Part shown: positions 12,001-21,906 of the stretch, piece after piece
Layout: the number at the start of each line of letters is the position of its first letter
How positions within the stretch are numbered: position 1 is the first letter of the stretch
NCBI GenBank assembly: GCA_020137815.1
Contig: CM035352.1
Location: forward strand, 2,046,001-2,110,000
Length of the DNA stretch: 64,000 nucleotides
Direction of reading: 5' to 3'
DNA from: Hormiphora californensis
Lineage: Eukaryota > Animalia > Ctenophora
Made by a program: the position numbers and the translations under genes
The notes under the pieces: model-generated
Database searches by the model: none
Seen by the model: the letters and a program-made list of their open reading frames with translations, nothing else
Told to the model about the DNA's origin: nothing

Positions 12001-13888
12001 ACTCGGTTGACACCAGGTTGGTATAATCTCCACCGGTCCATGTTATCTCAGGTTCCTGACGGACTGCAGACACGCCACAAGATAGATCCATTGTTCCCCC
12101 CTTTGATACCATCCTGGTCTCGCTCCACTCAAACGCTGAACATGATTTCAACTTTGTGACTAATCTCAAGGGAGCCATGTTAGAGTATTGGCCTGACTCA
12201 TTTCTGTCAAAAAGAACCATGCGTTCGGTCAGAGCATTAAGGGGAGATTTAGATATTAGGTGTCAAGTGTCTTACTTGCGAGATCGAACTTTGAGCGTCG
12301 TTTAGTACTTGCAACGTATTCCTCCCCAATACAGTCGAAACTCCATATTATCTGGGCACTGAGGTCCTTTGTGACAGATATTATCCCTGATATCCTATAC
12401 CTAGGAAATCAAATCATCAGTAATTGTACGGTATAATTTGTACCAATTGGACACAATCGATATATTTCATGTAGTTTCAGAGATAGAATATATCTGTTGA
12501 GATTGCTGGGGGAGATTGCATTATACAGACAGCTGTATGGGGAATATTGCATTACTTGTCTTCGCTTGCCAGGTATTCTCGGGTCACATTCTTTGCTGAT
12601 ATGGGGCTCAAGGAACTATCATCGAGCAGGAGAAGACTTGCCCCAGTCACATTCGCCGCAAATAAGAAATCCTCACCCGTTACAACGTAGAAATCAGCCT
12701 CATACTTCCACTCGAACGCTGAAAAATTAATAATTTGAAGATTTGAAAATTTCACCTCGTTCTAGCCCTTCTATTGTAAGAGAGGGCAATTAAAGTAAGT
12801 ACTAACTCACCCACAACATCTCCTTTTACAGTCCGCTCGATCGGATCGACAGGGGCTACAAAACCAACTGTACAGTTGAATGTTTTATCTTCAACCAGAC
12901 TCTCTATCGATAGGGAACATTCCTAAATAACATTGCATGTGTTTGATACTAAGTATCTTGTTGTCTGTGTAGCCATGGCAACCTACCCCTCCCCATGGCA
13001 ACCCCCATCTCGTTGCTAGGCTACTAAAGGTATACCTGAGTTGCCTTGGCCAGGTTTTCTTCCAGTGTGATGGTGTACCCCGATGTACCAGCCACATCCT
13101 GCCCACTCATATCAGTCCACACGCAGGTGTTTATTGTTGGGTAATGATCGTAACTGCACGTGTAAACTGCCCCCTCCCCTTCTTCAATCACTGGCTGGGA
13201 CTTCCTTCTGATCCCTATAACATTGTGAAACATCTGTGTGAAAGTTGTAAAGCGAAAGTGAAACAAATCCATGTTGTATATGAGGCACACATCTCGTTTG
13301 TTTTACTTTCACTTTGCAAGTTTGGATGGGATGTAATTGCTAATTACCGGAGAAGAACATGTAAACGTTAACCGATTCCTTATAGGTCTCTCCCCCGTCC
13401 TCCACCTTGCAGGTATAGACAGATGTAGCACCAATTGTAGCGACATTCAGAGCAGAGTTCTTCAAACACAGTACTGCATCTTGGACACCATCACTGTTCC
13501 TAGTTCCCTGTGTCACTGCATGCATGGCTGTATCCACTGTTATCTCCAGACTTGTCCCCAGACTGGAGTTTAGCTCGAAGGAAACTGTTTGGGTGGTACT
13601 GAATCCAGTCAGGGTACAGTTGAGGAGGAATGTGGTGGGTTCCTCACCTTCAATAACAACGTCAGACCCACCAAATGACACGCCTGCAGAGGGATGGAAG
13701 GAGGTGTGGTACTGACAAACTTGCAAATCATTATAAAATGTGGAAGAGTGGAACGGCAAGCAGAAACTGTATCATAGCTGAGAGTGAAAAATGTAATATT
13801 GCTGAATGCTGAGACGAAAAAGGTACATACTGGGTGCTGCGTGAGTTGTTCCATTGCAAGCCAGGAGGACCAGCAGAAGATAAATCAT
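1..13888 (-). CDS. Multi-exon secreted or cell-surface protein with about 21 Ig-like domains; 3' end lies beyond the left window edge
   Basis: Exon 1 (13888-13831) encodes the signal peptide MIYLLLVLLACNGTTHAAP, then a GTATGT donor. Successive mostly phase-1 exons each carry an Ig fold (xTLTC...W...SxLTI...YTC), starting near 13683, 13214, 12718, 12136, 11752, 11208, 10777, 10308, 9905, 9530, 8785/6352, 5829, 5417, 5028, 3024, 2634, 2104, 1560, 1153, 690 and 158 (VKSELELKNVTLNSTAGDYKC, I-set like). One exon (5829-5515) is interrupted as assembled. Confidence 0.88.
3154..4550. mobile_element. 1.4-kb foldback element, Tc1/mariner-type, about 670-bp arms, TA TSD
   Basis: CCGTGTGCGGC... at 3154 and ...GCCGCACACGG at 4550 are flanked by TA on both sides. 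Arms 3154-3824 and 3880-4550 are nearly identical in reverse complement, with a 55-bp spacer. The centre encodes a transposase-like N-terminus. Confidence 0.9.
6407..6452. mobile_element. 46-bp minimal derivative of the GGGATCCCTAAAAAAG MITE, TA TSD
   Basis: Shares its first ~32 bp with the element at 55652 and ends in TTTAGGGTTCCC. Flanked by TA. Absent at the equivalent site of the duplicate copy (~8840). Confidence 0.75.
6700..8155. other. Homopolymer-rich low-complexity tract, probably low-quality consensus sequence
   Basis: Long irregular runs of C, G, A and T. The right end fades into a corrupted version of the sequence preceding 5736. Confidence 0.65.
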
Positions 13889-13939
13889 GATCAGAGTGAA
13901 TGTGTACAAGAGGATGTAGCACTTTGGTGCAAAGATGCA

Positions 13940-13946
<7 letters not shown>

Positions 13947-13988
<42 letters not shown>
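13947..13988. repeat. (GA)n microsatellite upstream of the Ig gene
   Basis: Direct reading. Confidence 0.95.
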
Positions 13989-13991
<3 letters not shown>

Positions 13992-14242
13992 AGAAGAAGG
14001 ATGGTTGTATGCTTTATCTTTACATGGTAATACCTTTTTGCTTATATTCCCGCCATTCCTCTATTATGTGTGCAAACCCATTGGTAAACCGACAAAGAGA
14101 CACCTGTCTGCTAACCACTCCTGTCTATACTACCTCCAGGAAGAATCTTATGGCCTTCTTCCGGCTTTTGAGAAGTTATTCTCTCAACAAACAACGATCC
14201 CCTTTTTACCCGTTTCACAAATTTCCTACCTCGTTACTGATA

Positions 14243-14380
14243 CAGTCGGACCCTGATTTAACGGGATGCTCGGATTTTGCCGGGTAAATCGCGTCGGGGT
14301 GCCCAGTATATCGGGGTCAAATACTGTTAATTTCCTATTTCGGGGGAAGATTATCCTCCAGGTAAATCGGGGTCCGACTG
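14243..14380. mobile_element. Tc1/mariner-type MITE (CAGTCGGACCC...GGGTCCGACTG), TA TSD
   Basis: TIRs and TA flanks are visible. Related copies at ~17879-18010, 19051-19160, 19750-19783, 21447-21596, 50130-50198 and 50528-50679. Confidence 0.85.
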
Positions 14381-14430
14381 TATCTTTATTTACGGGTTAC
14401 TTTTAATTACCTCATTACTTTTAGCTAGGT

Positions 14431-17400
14431 ATGGATACTAAATCTGATACTATAAATGTAGAAGATATTAACTGTTGGGGTTCAGTGCCCTCCCCTCAAC
14501 CCAGTCTCGGGTTAGATTCTGGTAAGTGGAATTAATGTCTGGAATGGCATTCATTTCAATTATTAAATTCTAACATGTTGTATCGACTCAACGTCATGTT
14601 TCACCGACGGAAGTACATGATCGGCTGTTTCTTTGAATTGTTCATACGGACACAGTGTCAGGCGTCTCAACTGTTTCTGTCTACTGTGTATTCAATATCT
14701 CTATCTAATATCTATCTCTCTACTAAATCTCTATTATCTCTCTACTAAATTCTCTATCTCTCTATTCTCAGTAAAGAATACAGTGGTGACAGATAATCTA
14801 GTGATACATGAGATAGGAACACCACCCACAACCCCCGACATGTCATACCTACCAGAAGGTATCGATTAGTTTTCATTCCCTCCTGGTCCAATTGTGTTAA
14901 ATTATTGACCTCTAATGGGGACCCCTTATCTCCCCTTTCACTCACTCCTAACACCTGCAACAGAGATCACAACTGAGTTGGAACCAGCAAGGGGAGGAGG
15001 GGAGGGACAGTACTTTCAGACCGATACCCAACTGAACAGCAAGATTGCAGTATGGTGTGGGAGCATTGCCAAGATAACTGCTGATGCGTGTGTGCTGCCC
15101 TGTACAGAGTTGCTGAGGGCCCGGCAACCAGCCCAGAGTAGGGCTGTATTTAGGGGGCAGCAGGAACTCCAACAAGACATCTTCAACACATTTCGTAAGT
15201 TGGTCGTTGTGTCAGGTGACTCAAACATTGTTAGTATGGTTACTAGGGGGGTGGTTACTAGGGGGTTTGTTTTGGGGAAAACTAACACTGTGTTTGTAGG
15301 TTGCACTAACACTCTGTTTTATGTTTAGGATGTACGACTGGGGATGTGAAGATGTACAAAACTACCACTTTACCTTACAAGTAGGTGTACCCCCCCCCCC
15401 CCCCCCGGTGTACCTTACCAGTAGGTGTACCTTGGTAGAGGGTAGAGGGATGTGTTTACAAGTAGGTGTACCTTGCTCGACCCTGTTTCACCGCGTCCCG
15501 CAAATTTAAAGGAGGGTTAGAACCACCTTGTTCCTAGTGTTATCAACCACTGAGTCTTCTCTGTAGTTCCCACATTGTCCCACATTTCAGATACGTTATG
15601 CTCACACCGGGACCCAAATACACCACTAAATACGAGTCAGCTTCTGAAATTACCCTCGTTTCATGCTACAAAAACGCACTGATCCTCGCCTTGTAAGTGT
15701 TTTACTGTTCTTCTGACCTATATCGGATATCCCCAATTGATCATTGTTATAACGCACAGGGAGCATGGTTTGGAAACTCTGGTTATTGGGAGGATACATA
15801 CTGAAGCAAAGGGATATCCTAACGCATCGGCTGTCAATATTGCACTACGTAAGTGGGTTGTAGTGTGGTTAAGTGACTTTTGTCATTATACATTAGGTAC
15901 ATTTATTATGCATTGTCCAATGGACAATTTGGACATTATCCATGACTGAACAATCAATGGCCAAATGCATCACATGATGGCAGAAAATGAGACATGTTTT
16001 CTGAGCGCGGTCCCCGAACGTTTCATTTGCATGGCACGTCGCGCGCAGTGTGGGAAAATTCTGTATTTTCCCGGTGTGAAATAGCGCTGACAAGCGACAA
16101 AGAGTTCCTCATTAACACAACGTCCCCCTCCCCCTGGTAGGTGTGACGCGTTTATTCCTGGAGCAACACGGGGATCTTTTTAAGAAGATTTGTTTCGTAT
16201 TGGAGACATCACATGACTTGGTAGGTAGGAATACTACTGTCTTTTTGCCAATATATTATGTTCATACTATTATTAACATTAAATAAAGCACAATTGGAAT
16301 GGTGCCAGCAGTGTGCAACTGTATTGCCGAGTATTGCAAACAATCTGAGGTGCACCATTGCCCATAGTTACCAGAGCAGGTTGCACGTGCAAGATGGTTC
16401 ATCATGGGTTGGCCACATTGATGCCTGAGTGAGATCGAGGTCGCGCAGCGACCGAGATCGATCTCACATCTAGGCCTCCGGCGCGTTATTGATTTTAGAG
16501 CAAACTTTTTCAAAGACCTGGCTGCAAGGAACTACTGAACCGATTTGCATCTCGTTTGTTGCTCCTGGCAGACAATTGTCTCTAGTTTCACGGAAAATAC
16601 CCGCGAGTATCAGCATTTGAGGAATAGTGGGTCAAAATTGACGCTAAACATGAGCAATTCTTTAAAGACCTGGCTGCAAGCTCCTACTCGGTCCTGGGAC
16701 AATCTGCGGGTACTGGGGGAATCGTCATGGCCTTGTGAGTACGGGAAAATACCCGCCGATTCATCACGATGCGAAATGAGGCCATAATTGACCTTTGAGT
16801 AGTGCTAGGTCAGCTAAAAAGGTCTCCAAAAACGGTCTATCACGCGCGATCTGCTGAAAACGTGCTTTATATCGCGCGCACGTGAGTTCTTGCTCTCAAC
16901 GGGCCGGCATCCTATTATTCGCGGAGCGAGAATAGGATGCGATGGATCCAACATCATGGGAACAAGCCCACAATTCTGCACGTGCATCTGTTTACCCTTT
17001 ACGTTATGCTTTCGTTACGATCAAAATTGTTTCTTGCAACATGCACAGCTGGGGCAGCTGCCCTGGCTATATGGTGGGCCTACCGACGAGAGGACAAGGA
17101 TGAGCCCAAGGATGACCTAACCATAACAGAAATTGAGAAATCCAAGGAGATTATTGAGGATACTGCCTTGGTAGAAGATGTTGCGGAGTTCACGGAGACA
17201 GAAGAAGTGACCATGATGGAAGATGAAATCGACATGCCAGGATCCGAAGGAGAAGACGATATTGACATGTCAGGATCCGAAGAAGGAGAGGATGTTGGAG
17301 GCATGTCCCGAGGTCAAAGCATGCTATCCCTCTCCACTTCTACCACCCTGTGTAATAGCAGAGACAGGATGATGGGATCCATGGGCCTCATTATTGAGGA

Positions 17401-20362
17401 AGAGGAAGAAGAGGACTCGGATGAATATGTATATGAGGAAGGTGAAATCCTGGTGATTTCAGATAGTGAGGACTCTGAAGAGAAAGGAGAGATTTCGGAG
17501 GCAGAGAGTGAAGGAGAGGTGAAAATAAATGAGAATCTGAATGTGGAGGTTCTGACACAGAATGTGGAGGTTCGTGAAGAAGAGCCCAGGTACACTTTCA
17601 ACGGGAAGTATCTTCCCTCCCCCACCTCCAAGGCAGATGACCTATGCCGAGTTTCGATCGCTCGCGATAGAAGCCGAGTGGCAGGAGGCGCTGGCACATG
17701 CCATGCGTATTCCTGATATGAGTGAATACTGAATTTTAGAATTTGACTTTTTATTTGAGATTTTATTGTAAGACGTGTAATGTAAAAACAACTGTATAAT
17801 GTATATTTTCACTTTCACTCTAACCCATGTAAAAACTGCTGTTTTAATTTTTCATAACGCTTCATTGGAGCTATTATACAGTCGGACCCTGATTTATCGG
17901 GATGCTCGGGGTAAAGGATTTTGCCCGGTTAATCGGGATACCCGGTATATAATCGGGGTGACCGGTATATTGGGGTGATATACCGTTAATTTCCTAATTA
18001 GGGGGACTGCATATCACGTGGTTGTGTAGTAGCTGTGGTTAGCTGCCCCCTCTCATGCAAAAGGTCCTAGATTCAAATCTCGGTCAGTGTCCCGACCAGT
18101 GTGTGACTGTAGCGGGTAGCCTTACGGTTGTGCTGTCTGGCGCCGAGACCCCACCTGAGCGCACTGTCTCGCGCTCAGATTATTTGAGAATCAAACGGGG
18201 TATGGCGCCGCCATACAGCGTTTGTGTGACAATAATCGGACGATGGGAGGTAAAGTTCTTGTCATAACTCCGTACCTTCTGTTTTCAGATGCACTATCAA
18301 GAGCTGATGCCGATATATTTTCCTCGCAACAGTACTGACTACATCTACCAATCCGTGTTACCAGCTGGGTGCAACTGGGGTGCATACGGGGAACCCATGA
18401 GAACAGGCCAGGACGGTTACATTCGTGCACAGTGTGAGTTACAATGGGTGTGAAGCAGCCAGGTGTGTGTAGCTGTTTTTTGTAACACGTTCTCTATCAT
18501 TATAGGGAGTACATCAGAAAAGTCTCTAGCGAGGACCCTCAAAATTACTCGAACTGACTTCGCCACAATGCGTGATGACCCAGACAGTGCCCGTCAACTC
18601 GACCAGGAACCTGACATGTAAGGGAGCTTTTAGTTGTACACCGGGGTGCTGCAGGAGAGAGGGTCCCTGTAATTCTATAGAATCAGATAGCGCTACCTGA
18701 GATCTAGCTCTATGTGTTCTAATGTTATTTCCGTTTTTCAGTTACAGCCAGCTGTTAAAGTGGGCCCGAACTGAAGACCTGACCCGGGTAGCAATGTGTC
18801 GGGCTGTTTACCAGAGTGGGTACAACACTAACGGACAGGCTATTGTTATTGTTGTTGGACAGCACTTTCCCATTCACCTCCCCCTTCACATTGTGGAATC
18901 TTATTATGTACAGGTTAGTACTTTTGAAACGTACAATAATTTAAATTTGATGTATTTTAGATGCGAGACTTTTGTGCTATAGCTGAAGAGCAGCCATGAT
19001 TGCACGCACGGCTCTGATCGTTTTACATCTCTCTAAATTTGTAGTACCTACTGTCGGACCCCGATTTAGTCGCAGGAATTGTTTCCCCCGATATAGGAAG
19101 TTAACATTATTTGAACCCGATTTAGTGGCACCCCGATTTAGTGGCAGGATTTTTCCCCTGCCCTATCTGGCGCCGCGACCCATCTGAGCGCACTGTCGAT
19201 TTGAGAATCAAATGGGGTATGGCGCCGCTCATACAGCCCCTGCCCGGGTGAATGCAAGTCTGCTCCTTCATAAAACTTTCATCTCACGCTTCGTTGATTC
19301 AACAGAGGAAATGATAAACACACATTGTGGCGCGCAATTACTCGCTGATAACACTTCCCACTATCACCTGAAACCACTTTGGGCGCCCTAAAGCCATGCC
19401 ATTGCTATGAAGTGGTAGAACGTCTTCCAAGCATGAAACTATTGTCACACTAGTGACTCGAGTTGAGATGCGGTTAAAGTTGAAGCACTTGGTAACCAAC
19501 TGTGGTCTACTAAGCAACTGCCTTGGTTGCCATAGCAACTGTCTTGGTTACCATAGCAACTGTTTTGGTTACCATAGCAACTGACTTAGTTACCTTAGTA
19601 ACCAACATCACATCAGCCAAAAAATGCTTTTTGAGCAATGAGCACAAAATTCATCAGGAAATTCAGTTTTGAAGCTTATTCATCAATCTTAAATCAATTT
19701 GTGGCAGGGAAACACCGCATTATGAATACATAATGCAATAATTCTTGTTTCTCCCGAGGATGCCACTAAATCGGGGTCCGACTGTACATTCTTGAATGTT
19801 GAGAGCTGTTGAGAGCTGAAGACTCCAGAAAGGAGAGACCCGCAGTATAGTGAGAAGATAATTACCAGCTCACAATTATACATCTTCAGGTGCTGGATTC
19901 GATCACAACAAAACCCTACTGCCTCGTGTATTTCCACACATGTTGCACGGGGAGAAGACGAGATTTAGAGTTCCTCCAGAGACTACTTAACAACTGTCCA
20001 TCAAGATACCAGAGTAACCTTACTAATGTGTATAGTGTACACGCTTCAACAATACATAAGGTTGGTTAATTTTCATGTGTCCAAATATGAACAGATCAAC
20101 TGCCAACTGCCGCCGACCCCGGACCCGATCTGAGATTTGAGATTCAAAACAGGGTCTCATGGCGACGCCAGACAGAGTCTGTAAATGTAATCCACCTGTT
20201 TAACATCCCATATTATCCCAGTTGCAATCGTGGATGCTATTTCTGAAGTTAAAGGATTTGAGGAAGAGGACTACGGAGTTGAAAACACTGGATATGTTAT
20301 TTAAATCTCTTCCGAGAGAGCAACTTCAGATACCCTCGTTCATTATTGACTATGAAGTATAG
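14431..20362 (+). CDS. GDAP2: Ganglioside-induced differentiation-associated protein 2 homolog (macro domain + CRAL-TRIO/BNIP2 domain), 12 coding exons
   Basis: Exons 14431-14521, 14772-14858, 14964-15194, 15329-15380, 15591-15692, 15760-15848, 16141-16220, 18289-18433, 18506-18617, 18742-18913, 19890-20060, 20222-20362, all GT-AG and phase-compatible. Motifs INVEDINCWG, LNSKIAVWCG, GPKYTTKY, KGYP...NIALR, YQELMPIYFPR, ARTEDL...AVYQSG, YCLVYFHT and QIPSFIIDYE parallel GDAP2. Confidence 0.92.
16431..16940. mobile_element. Hairpin-bounded non-autonomous element (Helentron/HINE-like) with two ~153-bp internal direct repeats
   Basis: Hairpin GGTCGC-GCA-GCGACC within 16431-16465 and hairpin GCATCCTATT...TCGC-GGA-GCGA...AATAGGATGC at 16907-16940. 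AAAGACCTGGCTGCAAG...GGAAAATACCCGC is repeated at ~16512 and ~16664. Confidence 0.45.
17006..17716 (+). CDS. Intronless 236-aa ORF nested in GDAP2 intron 7: N-terminal membrane anchor and highly acidic tail
   Basis: ATG 17006 MLSLRSKLFLATCTAGAAALAIWWAYRRE, then a D/E-rich region. Open for 711 nt and followed by AT-rich UTR-like DNA. GDAP2 is complete without it. Confidence 0.65.
   Translation: MLSLRSKLFLATCTAGAAALAIWWAYRREDKDEPKDDLTITEIEKSKEIIEDTALVEDVAEFTETEEVTMMEDEIDMPGSEGEDDIDMSGSEEGEDVGGMSRGQSMLSLSTSTTLCNSRDRMMGSMGLIIEEEEEEDSDEYVYEEGEILVISDSEDSEEKGEISEAESEGEVKINENLNVEVLTQNVEVREEEPRYTFNGKYLPSPTSKADDLCRVSIARDRSRVAGGAGTCHAYS
18133..18218. mobile_element. Short MITE family CTGTCTGGCG...CGCCA(G/T)ACAG
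   Basis: Related copies at ~10838-10907, 19165-19236, 20105-20175, 20919-21243, 21330-21430 and 63372-63454. Confidence 0.7.
19505..19602. promoter_or_regulatory. 21-bp tandem array of RFX X-box-like motifs in GDAP2 intron 10
   Basis: GTTGCCATAGCAAC (19526), GTTACCATAGCAAC (19547, 19568), GTTACCTTAGTAAC (19589) and a degenerate copy at 19505. Matches the X-box consensus; function not shown. Confidence 0.4.
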
Positions 20363-20627
20363 TAGTGTCACGTGATACAGTATATATCGTGTGGACTATT
20401 ATTATTAGTGTTTTGCCTTTTGGTACTATATATGGTCAGATATTGGTGAGAGATATGTGACGTTTTAAGTTGGCTGTTGAGAGAGTTTATTCCCAGTTTA
20501 TTCGTTTTTAGCCAGCTTTATCAATTTTTACACGCTTTTATGGAACATTTTAATTGTTATGTGGTCCGGGCTGATCAATGTGCTTACGAGTTTTTTACGA
20601 GATATTTCAGTTATATTATTATTAATA

Positions 20628-20807
20628 CACGGTCGCTTGTAGTGGGAAAACGGTAATGGAAAACGAAGATACAGTAAGCCGACGCGCAACCGTGACCAAT
20701 CAGGGCGCTAGTAAGTGCTGACACATGAACTTTTTGCCGCGCGCTATGCACCGTGCGCGTCTCCTTACTGTATTTTCATTACGGTAATTTGACTACAAGC
20801 AGCACTG
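20628..20807. mobile_element. ~180-bp MITE with imperfect TIRs
   Basis: CACGGTCGCTTGTAGT...ACTACAAGCAGCACTG. A second copy lies in the opposite orientation at 63661-63841. Confidence 0.75.
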
Positions 20808-21906
20808 TTAGTGATTTCCTTTTATTCCTCTCTTTGATTTCTGTAAAAAGTTTCTGTTTACCAATTGATTACATTTGACATGATGAAATCCATTGTTTTT
20901 TAATTACTCGACATGGAACTGTCTGGTGGCGCCCATGCTTTCATTCTCTGAAATCTATGTGGCATGTGCTGTGTTAGATACGGTCGGCTCCTGTCAGGCC
21001 AATGCTCTGACCACAGTTCTCGCGCGCTCCGAGAATGGGTCAGGCCAATGCTCTGACAGGTCGGCTCTTGTTGAGTAACAAGTCGGCTCCCCAGACAGAA
21101 ATGAACATTATGAGAACCGACCCGATCTGAGAATCAAAACGGCGCCGCGCTGTCAGAGCATTGGCCTGGCCCATTCTCGTTTCTCTCGCGGAGCGTGCGA
21201 GAACTGTGGTCAGAGCATTGGCCTGACAGGCGCCGCCAGACAGGCACACTGGATGGTAGGAATTTACCTTGCATCAAAAGGGACTATGATTCATATCCGG
21301 CCAGATCTGTCAGTGTCAGTGGCTGGGAGTGGTCCCGACCCCGATTTTGACTTGTTGATTCTGACAGGGCGCTCAGACCCGATCTGAGCGCACTGTTAAA
21401 ACGGTGTCTGGCGCCGCGCCACCAGACAGCTTTTCTTTGATCGTTAGTGTCAAACCACGATTTACCGGAACCTCGATTTACCGGACCCCAAAATTAGGAT
21501 ACTCAATTTCACCGTGCATCTCTATTTATTATGAACGCGTACGGCCGTACAATAACCCTTCCCTTCCCCCGAGCAGTCCGGTAAATCGAGGTTTGGAAAA
21601 TGAATAAATAAAACGCTGAATTTATCACATCATTAACATTTCAAATTTCAATCGATTGTCATTTTAGTTGCATTGACAGGTGCATTGATAAATATAAAAC
21701 ACGGCTAACACTTCTTTAATTCACAGTCTGAACCTTAACCAGAAGAAGACAACCTAGCTTCGTTACAATTGTACTTTAACTTATACTCAACAATTCGTTA
21801 CAGTAATTTTAGTAAAAGTCATGTAAAACTGGTCTTTGCCTTGGTACAAAAGATAACAAAATTCTGTTAGTGCTAGGGTCACAAGTTTTGCAGCTGCAAA
21901 TGCAGA

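Noticed and set aside
1-13888. Dscam-like mutually exclusive exon array or V(D)J-like locus
   Set aside because: Exons are phase-compatible in series and divergent, with no clusters of near-identical alternatives and no recombination signals seen.
18020-18092. tRNA-like segment with A/B-box resemblance
   Set aside because: No convincing cloverleaf; at most a decayed tRNA-derived SINE.
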